A stretch of 52,616 nt of DNA from a phage. The stretch is taken from sequence record PZ379594.1, one strand, 5' to 3'. Numbering within the stretch: position 1 is the first letter of the stretch; every line of letters starts with the position of its first letter. Under the pieces are notes generated by a model, which saw only the letters and a program-made list of their open reading frames with translations, was not told the DNA's origin and ran no database searches. Made by a program: the position numbers and the translations under genes. Below are positions 37,932 through 48,577 of the stretch, piece after piece.

Positions 37932-39029
37932 ATGCCGTGGATGCGTGGTATAGAGATAGTTGTCTCAAGAAAGGATGACCCAGAAACCAAGTCTGTGTTT
38001 AAAGCACACAAGATTGATTTCACCATCCGGTCAACTGTTGGTTGGCCAGCAGATACTGCCGATATTACTCTATACAACCTGGGCGTCGATGAAGTTAAAT
38101 TCCTTCAAGACAAGTCCTATGGTGATATGTATATTGAAATTCGTGCAGGATATTACGAAGACGAGCGTGTCGTTAATGCTGGTCATAATAAGTATCAAAG
38201 CCCAGGTCAGATGGATTCGGAAGTAAGGGTTGAGATTGGTCAAGTCCTTCCAACAATCTTCTCTGGCATCGTAACAAACGCGGTGGGATTCAGACGTCCT
38301 CCAGAACACATAACACAATTGTTTTGTATCTCCAAAGCCTATGGTGCATCTACTGAATTTACTCAGATGAGGGACATTCCAAATGGGGCAACCTTGGAAG
38401 ATGCCATTCGTTCTATGTGTGCTGACTATGGCTTCTCAACTATTTCATCTTTTGGTGTTGAAGAATCTGTATTCAAAACCAAGCTGAAGTTAGGTCGAGT
38501 GTTCCACGACACATTCTTGGAAGAATTTCGGGCCTTACTTGGAGAATATAACTTACTATTCTCAGTAACAACTGGTGAGATTCAAATCTTTCCAGACACC
38601 TACGGCAATAAAGATGCTGTAGACAGAATGTCAAAAGACCGTGAACCAATCAAGCTGGATGCCAATCAGGTTATTGGGAACCCTATTGCTGGAATTGCAA
38701 CATACTCCTTGAATACATTTCTTAACGCCAGCTATCAGCCAGGAATGATTCTGGATGTATCTCCTTTGTTGGGAGAACAATTGCTGGCTAATGGCGTTAC
38801 TTCGGTAAATGGAAAAGGTGTTGTATTAAACACAGACCAAAGCGTGTTCCGTTGGGCGATGGAAGATAAATACTTCATCACAGAAGTTGTCCATCATGGC
38901 TCAACCCATGAAACTGTTTTCCAAACATCCATCACTGCAATGCTTGGTGGCAATACTGCAATGGGCGGTAAAGAAGCGGCTTGGCAGCAAGCCTACTTAA
39001 ACAGTGGAATGGCTATGGAGTCTTTCTAA
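37932..39029 (+). CDS. tail/baseplate protein (~365 aa)
   Basis: ATG at 37932 with AGGTG RBS; Mu/P2-like baseplate module by order. Confidence 0.55.
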   Translation: MPWMRGIEIVVSRKDDPETKSVFKAHKIDFTIRSTVGWPADTADITLYNLGVDEVKFLQDKSYGDMYIEIRAGYYEDERVVNAGHNKYQSPGQMDSEVRVEIGQVLPTIFSGIVTNAVGFRRPPEHITQLFCISKAYGASTEFTQMRDIPNGATLEDAIRSMCADYGFSTISSFGVEESVFKTKLKLGRVFHDTFLEEFRALLGEYNLLFSVTTGEIQIFPDTYGNKDAVDRMSKDREPIKLDANQVIGNPIAGIATYSLNTFLNASYQPGMILDVSPLLGEQLLANGVTSVNGKGVVLNTDQSVFRWAMEDKYFITEVVHHGSTHETVFQTSITAMLGGNTAMGGKEAAWQQAYLNSGMAMESF

Positions 39030-39931
39030 TGGCATTAATTGATACAAGTCTTATCGGGGATGGACTATCATCCCTATCGAAAGCATTTAGTTATGGGCAT
39101 AATCCGTCTGTGATTATGTGGTCTAATGGCCCATCGGTCCAGAAAGAAGACGAAGGATTGTTTGGTAAAGCCTTTGGTGGCATTGCTAAGACAATGGAGC
39201 CTCTTGTTACATCCTCGGCCCCAGAGAGTTTCAACTCTTTTAAGTTCGACGCAATTGTTAGTGAAGAGCACGATGCTCAGTCGGTCGTTACCAAGTTTCC
39301 TGTGAGTTCTGGCTTCATGGTTAGTGACCACATTATCAAACAAAACCGAATCTTAAAACTAACTGCTGTTGCAACAAACATGCAGAACGCTGCAATGTGG
39401 ACTGCCTCTGTTCAGGGTTTATCTGTTGCCACTGGTGCAATCTTTAATAACCCAATCATTCCCATTATCGGTGCTGCTGCTGGTGCTGTTGCCTCTGCAT
39501 TTGAAACGAGCAATCGAATCCAATCTACCTATGATTTGTTCAACAACTTCCGCTCGACCGGAACCAAGCTGTACATCTCCACTATCATCGGCCCTTATTT
39601 GAATTGTGTAGTAACTGGCATTCGAACTAAGACTGACAAAATGACTTCTGCAATTCTGGCTGTTGAAATTACACTGGAAGAGCTGCAAGTTATTGGTGAA
39701 GATGTACTGGCAATCGAAGCTCGTAAGGCAATGCAGTCTATGACAGATTATTCAGAATTTGGGAAGATTGCCCAAAGTGCTGGTATAGGTGCTCTTGGCG
39801 GTGCTGGTGTAACTCTCCCAGGTCTGGGTGCAGTTGGCGCTACGGCAGTGAGTCAGCTTGGTACGTTAAAAGATAAACTTGCCAAACTGGAATCTCCTCT
39901 GTCCTCGGTTAAAGGGAAGCTGTTCAAATGA
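39029..39931 (+). CDS. tail/baseplate protein (~300 aa)
   Basis: ATG at 39029 overlapping the upstream stop (TAATG); GGAG 8 nt upstream. Confidence 0.5.
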   Translation: MALIDTSLIGDGLSSLSKAFSYGHNPSVIMWSNGPSVQKEDEGLFGKAFGGIAKTMEPLVTSSAPESFNSFKFDAIVSEEHDAQSVVTKFPVSSGFMVSDHIIKQNRILKLTAVATNMQNAAMWTASVQGLSVATGAIFNNPIIPIIGAAAGAVASAFETSNRIQSTYDLFNNFRSTGTKLYISTIIGPYLNCVVTGIRTKTDKMTSAILAVEITLEELQVIGEDVLAIEARKAMQSMTDYSEFGKIAQSAGIGALGGAGVTLPGLGAVGATAVSQLGTLKDKLAKLESPLSSVKGKLFK

Positions 39932-40290
39932 CAGAACAACAAGCTATGCAAGAGATATTATCACTACTCCCACCAGGATATGTGAAGACTGTCCCATACG
40001 ATACCTCAAAGGATGTATCTTTCGAGTTTCGTGGTGTCACAGTCAAAATGTCTGCATTGTATTTAAACGAGTATTTAAACTGCTACATGTTTGACCTTGC
40101 TTGGGGTTCATCTGAAAAGATTTATGGAATCCCTATTCGCGGCGGTGTTGATATTCTTAAGCAATACAGCACACCACTGCCAAACATGTACGTTACGAAT
40201 ACTGTAAGTCCAGGAGAAGAGGTCTACACTTGGCGACAAATGTTCCTCTTCATTGTAGATGCGAGTGTACTTGAACGTGGCGAGTCATAA
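39928..40290 (+). CDS. baseplate-associated protein (120 aa)
   Basis: ATGA start/stop overlap. Confidence 0.5.
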   Translation: MTEQQAMQEILSLLPPGYVKTVPYDTSKDVSFEFRGVTVKMSALYLNEYLNCYMFDLAWGSSEKIYGIPIRGGVDILKQYSTPLPNMYVTNTVSPGEEVYTWRQMFLFIVDASVLERGES

Positions 40291-41050
40291 CAACGATGTA
40301 AGGTCTGCAACTGTTAATACAGGATACCCAGGCCATATTTATAACTTCGATGCTGTAACTCAAACCTGTGAGGTGCAGCTTGCAATCGAAAACCTGTTTA
40401 CAGGCTACACCAATGCCTACACCTTAGAGAAGAAGAAGCGGCTCAGAAATGTTCCTGTGCAGTTCATCCAAGGTGGCGGTTGGAGTCTAACACATCCAGT
40501 TCCAGATGGTACTCCTTGCTATGTCCATTTTGCTCAGCGCGGGATTGAACATTGGTTGGCAGAGAATAAAGACTCTGCTGGCATGATTGGTGGAAGACCT
40601 GCCCCAGCATTCAGCCAGTTGTTCTCTCACAACTCTGCTGTGTGTATTATTGGGATACAACCAATTCCAGGTGCAATACCAGGATTTAATGCAGGAGTTA
40701 CTGAACTCCGAAATGCAAGTCGCGACCAACGTCTGACTCTTCATGGTGACGGAAAGGTAGAACTTATTACTGGTGCTGCAAAGATTACAATCACGAAAGA
40801 TTCGGAGATAGTAATTGAAGCGACAGAAAAAGCGTCTGTTATCTCGCCGCAAATCCTTTTGGATGGCGACACCACAGTTACAAAATCGCTCACCGTTCTC
40901 GGAGGAATGTCAGTGTCAGGTGGCAGTGGTGGAACAATGTCAATTACAGGCGATATGGTTCAACAGGGTACGTTCACCATTAACGGAGTCACGGTTAACG
41001 AACACACCCACACTAACCCAGAGGGCGGCGATGTAGGGCCGATGAAATAA
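40259..41050 (+). CDS. baseplate central spike-like protein (C-terminal HTHT metal-binding motif)
   Basis: C-terminal GVTVNEHTHTNPEGG resembles His-rich spike tips of contractile-tail phages; start uncertain. Confidence 0.45.
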   Translation: MRVYLNVASHNNDVRSATVNTGYPGHIYNFDAVTQTCEVQLAIENLFTGYTNAYTLEKKKRLRNVPVQFIQGGGWSLTHPVPDGTPCYVHFAQRGIEHWLAENKDSAGMIGGRPAPAFSQLFSHNSAVCIIGIQPIPGAIPGFNAGVTELRNASRDQRLTLHGDGKVELITGAAKITITKDSEIVIEATEKASVISPQILLDGDTTVTKSLTVLGGMSVSGGSGGTMSITGDMVQQGTFTINGVTVNEHTHTNPEGGDVGPMK

Positions 41051-41421
41051 TGGCTGGAAACTTACTGTTAGATTCTAACCACGATATTATTATTGGTCGT
41101 GGTGCAACCAGGGTCGGTGGTGTAGAAGAGGTTGCTCAAATAGTTAAGTGCAGATTATTAACAGTGTTCGGAGAATGGAAGCATGACACGACCACTGGCC
41201 TCCCTTGGTTCGAGGGAATCTTCACTAAGACTGTCAGAACTGCTGATATTGAAGCAGCCATCGCCAACGTCATTCGAAGCACCCCAGGTGTTCAACAACT
41301 TATCTCTATAAATATTGATGCTGACTTCCGTGAGCGTGAAGTAAGAGTTTCATTCATTGCTATCTCAGATTATGGAAGTCTTGAGGATTACTTAACATGG
41401 CAACAATCCAGTACGGCGTGA
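41050..41421 (+). CDS. small baseplate wedge protein (gp25/W-like candidate)
   Basis: 123 aa, immediately upstream of a J-like gene. Confidence 0.45.
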   Translation: MAGNLLLDSNHDIIIGRGATRVGGVEEVAQIVKCRLLTVFGEWKHDTTTGLPWFEGIFTKTVRTADIEAAIANVIRSTPGVQQLISINIDADFREREVRVSFIAISDYGSLEDYLTWQQSSTA

Positions 41422-42551
41422 CTGAAAACGGGTTCGTACAGAAGCCTGTTCAAGAAATCGTGTCGCACATTAATAGCAGATTCCGTAGCGTGTTCGGTGC
41501 CAACTTCGACATTAGTCCAGAAGGCCCAGATGGACAGGTTATTGGAATTATTTCAGAAGAAATTTCTAAGTGTTGGCAACAGGCTGAAATGGTATTCAAT
41601 GCCTATCGTCCTGGTGCAATGCAGAAGGTTGGTCTGGACAACATCTGCGAACTAACCTTCACAAAGCGATTGGTCAATTGGCCGTCTCGTGTTGGTGTTC
41701 GTTGTGCTGGTCAGGCTGGCACTCTTGTCCCTGCTGGCTCTATTGTCAGTGACGGGACGATGAACTTCAAAACACAGTATGATTGTATTATTCCAGGAAC
41801 TGTTACGGCAGTAGCAACTGAGTCTGGCGAATACTACATTGCTGCTAACACTGTTAATAAAATTGTCACCACAGTCGCAGGTTGGGAATCAGTTAACAAC
41901 CCAGAGATTGGGCAAACAGGTGTGGATTATGAGTCTGACCCAGCACTTCGTATCCGCCGTGACAGAACTACTGCGCACAGCGGTTCAGCATTTGTTGAAG
42001 CTATTTACGCTGCACTCGCTGACCTTAATCTTTCTTACATTCGTATTCGTGATAATGATACCGGCGCTCCTATTGGGACTCAGCCTCCGGGTACAGTATT
42101 TGTTGTCGTAGAGGGTGGAACAGAGGACGAAATTGCTCGTCGAATTTACTCCTCCAAAACAGGCGGTGTTCCTACCCATGGTACTACATCCGTATCTATC
42201 TACGATAGTAAAGGCTATCCGCACGAAATTAAGTTCAGTCGTCCAGAAGATGCAACCATTTATGTAACTGGTACATTCAAGCGTCGCCCTGGTTCTAATA
42301 TTAGTTCCAACGATGCGGCACGCCAGTTGCAAACGGCTATGATGGAGTATATCAACTCCCTGAACCCAGGTGATTCTGTTATCTGGTCAGAATGTTTCAA
42401 GCCTATCATGGACGCTACTAACGGTGTTCAGGTTGATTCATTATTCATTGGTACTTCTGCGAGTCCAACTGGAATTGCTACAATCGAACTGGACATTGAC
42501 AAGAAGGCTGTAGCCACATCTGCGTCTGTAGTTTTCACTGAAACACCATAA
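41397..42551 (+). CDS. baseplate J-like protein
   Basis: 384 aa; size and position in the Mu/P2-like baseplate order. Confidence 0.5.
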   Translation: MATIQYGVTENGFVQKPVQEIVSHINSRFRSVFGANFDISPEGPDGQVIGIISEEISKCWQQAEMVFNAYRPGAMQKVGLDNICELTFTKRLVNWPSRVGVRCAGQAGTLVPAGSIVSDGTMNFKTQYDCIIPGTVTAVATESGEYYIAANTVNKIVTTVAGWESVNNPEIGQTGVDYESDPALRIRRDRTTAHSGSAFVEAIYAALADLNLSYIRIRDNDTGAPIGTQPPGTVFVVVEGGTEDEIARRIYSSKTGGVPTHGTTSVSIYDSKGYPHEIKFSRPEDATIYVTGTFKRRPGSNISSNDAARQLQTAMMEYINSLNPGDSVIWSECFKPIMDATNGVQVDSLFIGTSASPTGIATIELDIDKKAVATSASVVFTETP

Positions 42552-42559
42552 GGTTAATA

Positions 42560-43204
42560 ATGGCTGGTAAATCTGGTTTAGATATGCTGCTAATGCAGTA
42601 TAGCGATTCTCCAAACTTACGGGCGTACATTCAGATTTTCTTGGACGAGTTAAAGCTCGTCCAGAATGCTCAAGAAGAGTCTGTTAAATACCGATACCTT
42701 GCCGATTCATTTGGCGTTATGGTTGATGATATTGCATACCTCGTTGGTGCCAGCCGTACTATCTATGGTGCTGCACCACTTGGGCACTTCGGTTTCTATT
42801 CTGACCCAAGCGCATTCCCTGCCGGAGATGATAATAATCCTGGCGTTGGTGGCATTTTGAAATCAGATGGCGACCGGGACTCTGGTGACTTTGTTCGTAC
42901 CGATACTCAACTTAAAGATGCAATACGTGCACGTATCCGCAAGGTTGTAGGAAGCTGCACAATCGAAGAACTGATTGTTTATGTGGACCTTGTTCTTGGT
43001 CGTAGCCTGAATCTTGAAATCATTGAAGGATTCCAGACTCTACATTACCAAGTGCATAACACGCTGTCAGTTGCAGAGAAAGTGTTGTTGGCTTACATGC
43101 TTCCAGACTTTAAGCCTGTTGGCATCTCCATAACTCTTTCGGACAATGGTGGTGCTATTGAACTCCCATATGTTTCTAAAGTTTATCCACCGGAGAACCG
43201 ATGA
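42560..43204 (+). CDS. baseplate/tail-fiber attachment protein (gpI-like candidate)
   Basis: 214 aa; follows the J-like gene and precedes the tail fibre genes. Confidence 0.45.
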   Translation: MAGKSGLDMLLMQYSDSPNLRAYIQIFLDELKLVQNAQEESVKYRYLADSFGVMVDDIAYLVGASRTIYGAAPLGHFGFYSDPSAFPAGDDNNPGVGGILKSDGDRDSGDFVRTDTQLKDAIRARIRKVVGSCTIEELIVYVDLVLGRSLNLEIIEGFQTLHYQVHNTLSVAEKVLLAYMLPDFKPVGISITLSDNGGAIELPYVSKVYPPENR

Positions 43205-44400
43205 CAAATCGTTTGAATTACCCAGAATATTGGGCGCAGGATGGCGAAGCACTTGACCCCGACTTGGATACGACTGCACCATCCTATATCCCAGACCGAT
43301 ACGAAAATGTCGGCTGGGAAGCTGAAAAGCCTCCCGAACAATGGCAGAACTTCTTAACTCAAATCACTGACGTTAAGATTCGAGATATGTTGGTTGGTGG
43401 GATATTGCAATGGTGTGATACCGTAACATATTCGCTTGGCGCTTTTGCAATAGTTGATGGTAAGATTTATCAGAAGCGGGAAGAGATTCCTGGCAATATA
43501 AGTCCTCCAACCTCCGGAAGTGGTTGGCAAGAGGTTCTTGAGACAAACCTTATTAAGTTTAATGAAAAGGTTCAATATCTCAAGAATGTGTTCAATGCTC
43601 ATATGGCAGAACAGAACCCTCATAAAGATACTGTAGACACAATTATTGATGGGACATATCTTCAAGAATATGTGTACGACAGATTCGCCAGTGACGAACG
43701 AGTTACAACAATCCCATATCACATCTCCAGAACCGGTGCATCTGTCCACAGGGTAACTCCAGAACAGCTTGGAACACTTCCAACATCTGGTGGGACTTTC
43801 ACAGGACCAATAACTTTCACCGAAGAGGCGTATGCTGGTAGTGGTGTTTCACAATATGTACACCGAAATGATTCGACTGGCATATTCGAATTGGTTAATG
43901 GGACTGCTGCAATTGGTGTGGACAGTAGTGGCCATGCGTGGTTCATAAACTCCGCTGGTGCTTTTGAAATCATTACGGAAGCAAACTACAACAAGTTCAA
44001 CATTAAGTATGGAAACCAGTTTGCACTCCCTGTGCCAATGCTTCGTGCTGACTTTCATGAAGACATTAATGACGCAGGGTCTGTTGGTCTGTGGACCGTT
44101 GAGACAACCGCTGCCCCAGAATTTTGGTATGGCGGATTTAACATCTCCAACAATGGGTTGAAGTTCTTTGGACCAACCTTCAACATCCCAACCACAGTGG
44201 TTGTTGTAGTTACTACCGATGAAGTTGATGTAGTTATGCGAACTTCTAATGAAGATTCTTTCAGCTTTCCAGATGGACTTGACCTGAAAGACTACATTGA
44301 TAACAAACTCTTTGCAGATAAGAATGTAATGGCCCTAAGATTCTTTGAGGTATATCCAAGACTTTCTGCTAACCAAATCTCTATGCTTGCGAGACGATAA
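43201..44400 (+). CDS. tail fibre protein 1
   Basis: Fibre-like composition with NPHK/NPHR repeats shared with the next gene. Confidence 0.55.
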   Translation: MTNRLNYPEYWAQDGEALDPDLDTTAPSYIPDRYENVGWEAEKPPEQWQNFLTQITDVKIRDMLVGGILQWCDTVTYSLGAFAIVDGKIYQKREEIPGNISPPTSGSGWQEVLETNLIKFNEKVQYLKNVFNAHMAEQNPHKDTVDTIIDGTYLQEYVYDRFASDERVTTIPYHISRTGASVHRVTPEQLGTLPTSGGTFTGPITFTEEAYAGSGVSQYVHRNDSTGIFELVNGTAAIGVDSSGHAWFINSAGAFEIITEANYNKFNIKYGNQFALPVPMLRADFHEDINDAGSVGLWTVETTAAPEFWYGGFNISNNGLKFFGPTFNIPTTVVVVVTTDEVDVVMRTSNEDSFSFPDGLDLKDYIDNKLFADKNVMALRFFEVYPRLSANQISMLARR

Positions 44401-45791
44401 TGTTAAGACCAAAACTTAATAGAGTCTGGACTTCAAACAATGCCAACCTACGGCGTGACCCTGGGGATGCCAAGTATCTTCAAGGGTGGATTGCAGAAAT
44501 CCCAACCTTCCAGGTTCTTAACTATTTGCAGTATAAGGTTGACACTACTCTCCTAGCACTGGCTGAGCGTGGTGTCTTCGAATGGGGAACCGATGTTCAG
44601 TATGGACTTGGTTCCCTCGTGTGGGATGATGCAACTCGAACTGTTTATGTTGCAACTGTTGGTTCTCCTAGCCGTACTTTACGTCCTAGTGAGAACTTGG
44701 GGCAGTGGGCGGCAAGTGCTATTCAAGTATCTCGTTACGACTACGATGATATTGTTAGCAAGATTTCTGCACACATCGCAGATGTCACTTCCAACCCACA
44801 TCGACTGACAGCCAACATGATTGGTGCATACAACAAAGCACAAATCGATTCGCTGATTTCTCAGTACAATGCCCTTGTTGCGAGTCATGCCAATGACCGA
44901 AACAATCCGCACAAAGTAACTGCTGCCCAGGCAGGTGCTGTTCCTGTCGCTGGTGGTACTTACACCGGACCTGTTACATTCCAGCAAGGTATGCTGTTTG
45001 ATGTAAGCGGAACTTCTAAGTTGTCGTTTGGTCCTGCTGGCCTTTATATGCAGTCAGGTGACGAACGTATTGGGCTGGATGCCAGTGGTGTTCCGGTTGT
45101 TGGCAAGGCATCAACAAACACCAACTCCCGAATTATTACCGATGCAACATTTGCAGAAGTTAAGGCGCGAGAAGAGCCAAAGTATGCAGTACCTGCACCA
45201 AATTTCTGTCAGCACTTGATTGGTGATTTTAATATCAACTCTGGCAAGGGTGCAATCAATGCCTCCGACAGTCTGTATTTTAACAACGATTATGGTGGTG
45301 CTCTGTACAGAACTGCTGGGCAGGATGTTCGAGAAACTCTTTACGAAGGTGCGGGATATGGATTTACAGACTGCACAATCTGTGTGGATGTTCTTTCCAA
45401 CTCGCCTCGTGCGCCGAGCAGTGACGACTCTGTTGGCGTATTCTTCTCCTTAAATGGATTGAATAGCGAGAACATAGACTTCTATTTGCAGAACAAGGGG
45501 CAGCTCAACCTTAACCGAAATGCCTCTGGTGCTAGTGACTGGATTTACTATAATCTCCCTAACCGAGTGAATCGCTGGTATCGTATTGCTGCAACCCTAA
45601 GTACGACCACTGGACTTGAAATATATGTTGATGGTGTTCGTGTGGCTGCTGATGCCTCACAGAATGGTGCGGCTGCATGTGTTGGTAGGTATCCTCAGAT
45701 TCATTTCCAGCCAACATCAAGAAACTATGCTGTTCGCAACTTCCGAGTTTGGGATTTCAAAATGACACCAAACCAAATCTCTACTTTATAA
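44400..45791 (+). CDS. tail fibre protein 2
   Basis: NPHRLTANMIGAYNKAQIDS and NPHKVTAAQAGA repeat motifs typical of fibre shafts. Confidence 0.55.
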   Translation: MLRPKLNRVWTSNNANLRRDPGDAKYLQGWIAEIPTFQVLNYLQYKVDTTLLALAERGVFEWGTDVQYGLGSLVWDDATRTVYVATVGSPSRTLRPSENLGQWAASAIQVSRYDYDDIVSKISAHIADVTSNPHRLTANMIGAYNKAQIDSLISQYNALVASHANDRNNPHKVTAAQAGAVPVAGGTYTGPVTFQQGMLFDVSGTSKLSFGPAGLYMQSGDERIGLDASGVPVVGKASTNTNSRIITDATFAEVKAREEPKYAVPAPNFCQHLIGDFNINSGKGAINASDSLYFNNDYGGALYRTAGQDVRETLYEGAGYGFTDCTICVDVLSNSPRAPSSDDSVGVFFSLNGLNSENIDFYLQNKGQLNLNRNASGASDWIYYNLPNRVNRWYRIAATLSTTTGLEIYVDGVRVAADASQNGAAACVGRYPQIHFQPTSRNYAVRNFRVWDFKMTPNQISTL

Positions 45792-45800
45792 GGTAATGTA

Positions 45801-47153
45801 ATGGCTAAAGGTTGGTCATTTGGCGGCTTAATTGCCGCCTTAAAGTCTGCTGCATTCTTAAATGCAGGTACTGCTCGTGGTGAAGTAATCACTGTTGGAC
45901 AAAAAAATGCCCAGATTCCAACCACAGCATTTGTAACAAACTTTAATTTCAATACATACACATTCACCAATGGTGAGGTTCTATATGTTGAGATGAACTC
46001 TGCTGTAAACGTTCCACCAGAGTTACAGAAGTGGGACCTTGGGAAGTTCAGTGGGGCATATGTAATTATAACTGTGCTTGGAATTTCTGATAACAGCAAT
46101 GCCTCCATCCTCGTAACACATGGTGAGGCAGCACGACCTCCAATCATGTACTACTCTCGCGGACCGTCTGGCAGCAGGTCGTACACAGCGCAACCCCTAA
46201 TGTCTTGCAAGGATGCCGGAAGCGCGAACATTAACCTGTTTACAGGTGCGTCAGATGTTGGTGTTTATTATCAAGAGTCTGATGTTGTTGCTGGCTCTGC
46301 TGGTGGCTATCCAGCAGCACATGCTGGCACACTGGAGGTTTTGCCAACTGCATATGGTGTACAGCAACGCTATACATCCATATATGGTAACGTTTGGGTT
46401 CGTAGTCGTACACTTGATTCCTCGCAGAATTGGGCCGATTGGAGAGAGCTTGCACGAGTAAACCAGCGCGACCGTATTACAGAAGTTGGTGCAATAGAGT
46501 TGTATAACGATATTCCATACATCGACTTCCACTATGCAAACTCTGGTTTAGACTACACTGCACGTATTATTGCAGAAGGATACAATCAGTTAGCTTTACG
46601 TGGAACTGGCACAGACTTCAAGCTGTTCCTGAATGGGCAGTATCGCGGCGTAACTTGGGGCCGTGGTTGGGGTCAAGAAACAGATGGGCACGTCCCTTAT
46701 GGAGTGTATAACTGCGAAGTTGGTCCAGATGCCTGGGTCCCAATCTTGACACTCCAAACTGTAACATCTGGTCAAGGGTATGGAACTCATATTTCGTTTG
46801 GTGCGTACAGCAGAAATAATGATTTCTCAAATCCTGTAATCTCACGACGTGGTGATAATGGTGCTGTACACAACTGGACATTCCAGAATGACGGCAACAT
46901 TGACTACACTGGCAATGGTGGTCCATTCCGTTTTGCACGGGAGAATTGGGTAAACTCTTCTTTCATGAGCGATATTCGCCTGGCCTCCTACCAAGAGACT
47001 ACCACATGGCGTGGCTACGGGTATCGGGATGAATCTGGTTGGGTAATCACTGCTGTAATCAACCAAACTGCTGACGAATTCATCGACTATGTTGGTCGTC
47101 GTAAACTCCAGAAATATATGAATGGAACATGGTATGACAGCTACTCTGTGTAA
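45801..47153 (+). CDS. tail fibre / receptor-binding protein 3
   Basis: Long G/Y/N/T-rich ORF followed by a tail-fibre-assembly-like gene. Confidence 0.5.
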   Translation: MAKGWSFGGLIAALKSAAFLNAGTARGEVITVGQKNAQIPTTAFVTNFNFNTYTFTNGEVLYVEMNSAVNVPPELQKWDLGKFSGAYVIITVLGISDNSNASILVTHGEAARPPIMYYSRGPSGSRSYTAQPLMSCKDAGSANINLFTGASDVGVYYQESDVVAGSAGGYPAAHAGTLEVLPTAYGVQQRYTSIYGNVWVRSRTLDSSQNWADWRELARVNQRDRITEVGAIELYNDIPYIDFHYANSGLDYTARIIAEGYNQLALRGTGTDFKLFLNGQYRGVTWGRGWGQETDGHVPYGVYNCEVGPDAWVPILTLQTVTSGQGYGTHISFGAYSRNNDFSNPVISRRGDNGAVHNWTFQNDGNIDYTGNGGPFRFARENWVNSSFMSDIRLASYQETTTWRGYGYRDESGWVITAVINQTADEFIDYVGRRKLQKYMNGTWYDSYSV

Positions 47154-47664
47154 GTATGAAGGGTTTGTTGAGAATACGAACCTGACTGAAAGCCAACAAG
47201 TGCTCAGGGACGAGCACAAGATTCTATTCGGATGCGATAAGAATGGAACATGTTGGTATAAAATTCGTGAGTCTTTAAAGGACGGTACCGCCAAAGTTGT
47301 ATACGAAAATGATGGGACTATTCGACACATCGACTTTGGTCCTGGTGATACTGTGGCTACACCGCTGGGTGGAAACATAGTTGAGCTGGAGTCGCTGCCA
47401 GAGGGTGTTGAAGAAAACAGACACTTTTGGAAGTTTGATGGTGAGAAGTTTGTCGAGCATAAAGAAAACCGTGTGAAATATAACGAGTTTATGCGTAAGA
47501 AGAAACTTGCACCATTGACGGAAGAAATTAGCATTCTCACTGACATGGTTGAGCTTGGTATGGCCAAGAAGTCTGACAACGAACTGCTTATTAAACTTAA
47601 GAAGAAGCGTATCAAACTGCATCAACTCGACCTAACCGAAACAATCGACTGGAATGAATTCTAA
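47122..47664 (+). CDS. tail fibre assembly protein (Tfa-like)
   Basis: ~180 aa directly after a fibre gene; C-terminal K-rich helical region similar to Tfa chaperones; start uncertain (47122 or 47134). Confidence 0.5.
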   Translation: MEHGMTATLCKYEGFVENTNLTESQQVLRDEHKILFGCDKNGTCWYKIRESLKDGTAKVVYENDGTIRHIDFGPGDTVATPLGGNIVELESLPEGVEENRHFWKFDGEKFVEHKENRVKYNEFMRKKKLAPLTEEISILTDMVELGMAKKSDNELLIKLKKKRIKLHQLDLTETIDWNEF

Positions 47665-48005
47665 TGGATAGACAAACTTTCCAGATGATTTGGGAAGCAA
47701 TGCACCAATACGGCGTTTGGCATGGACTGTTGGCTGGACTGACAGCCTTAATCCGTGGTGCGTATGAGAGTGAGGGTTTAAGCAAAGCGTTGCTGGATGC
47801 GACGCTATGTAGCTTAATCGGGCTGTTTGCATTTCAGGTCGCAGGTACATTTGAAACTTTCACAACTAACGTCACTATGCAGTTGGTGTTAGCCATTGTG
47901 ATTGGTGTCATTGGTGCCAACCTCATTATCACAACTGTCAGGGAAAGTTTCTCTGGCGCAATCAAACAACTTAATCCTTTGACGTGGTTCAAGAAGGCAC
48001 GATGA
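47664..48005 (+). CDS. holin (lambda S-like)
   Basis: IRGAYESEGLSKALLDATLCSLIGLF resembles lambda S [27 protein letters not shown] as recalled; possible dual start M1/M8. Confidence 0.6.
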   Translation: MDRQTFQMIWEAMHQYGVWHGLLAGLTALIRGAYESEGLSKALLDATLCSLIGLFAFQVAGTFETFTTNVTMQLVLAIVIGVIGANLIITTVRESFSGAIKQLNPLTWFKKAR

Positions 48006-48022
48006 AATGGTAAGGAACTCGA

Positions 48023-48577
48023 ATGTTATCATTCAAAGTCCTTGCACTTCTGACAGCTTTAGTTCACATCAACGCCCCAGCTTCGGTTGGGGCAGTGAAT
48101 TCTGCTATTACAGATTTTGCAAGTCACTCTTATTTAAATGGAAGTCTGAAACTATCTTCTTCACAACGCAAAGAGCTAGAATGCTATACTAAAGTTATAT
48201 GGTATGAAGCTCGCGGAGAAGACAAACATGGAAAGATTCTGGTAGCTAATGTCGTCCGTAATAGAACTAAGTTCGGGAAGCCATTCGCTAACACCGTTTG
48301 TGATGTTGTCTATCAACGCAATCAATTTGCATGGACACGAGAAGCAAAGAAGAAGAATGCTCAATGGAAGCATGTAGCAAAGATTAATTATGCCACAGAA
48401 CAACAACAAGTTCTGGACACCATTAATGTTGCAATCTCTTTTGTACTGTTTAATCAACCCTCTGTCACCAAAGCAACCCACTTTTGTACAGCATCGGAGA
48501 AGTGCAACTTCAAGAATGTTAAAGGTTTGGGACGTTATGGTGGCCATAAATTCTATGAGTATCTAGGAAATCTGTAA
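48023..48577 (+). CDS. endolysin, SleB/CwlJ-type cell-wall hydrolase with N-terminal signal sequence
   Basis: Hydrolase_2-type block VIWYEARGE...LVANVVRNR...[12 protein letters not shown]; hydrophobic N-terminus; AAGGAA RBS; adjacent to the holin. Confidence 0.65.
   Translation: MLSFKVLALLTALVHINAPASVGAVNSAITDFASHSYLNGSLKLSSSQRKELECYTKVIWYEARGEDKHGKILVANVVRNRTKFGKPFANTVCDVVYQRNQFAWTREAKKKNAQWKHVAKINYATEQQQVLDTINVAISFVLFNQPSVTKATHFCTASEKCNFKNVKGLGRYGGHKFYEYLGNL

Noticed and set aside
1373-47615. All minus-strand ORFs in the track (for example 16848..17252, 17460..18137, 29182..29928, 32945..33559, 35953..36378, 46842..47615)
   Set aside because: Each is embedded antisense within a well-supported + strand gene with recognisable motifs; the genome shows unbroken + strand polarity and tight + strand coupling, so these are open-frame artefacts.
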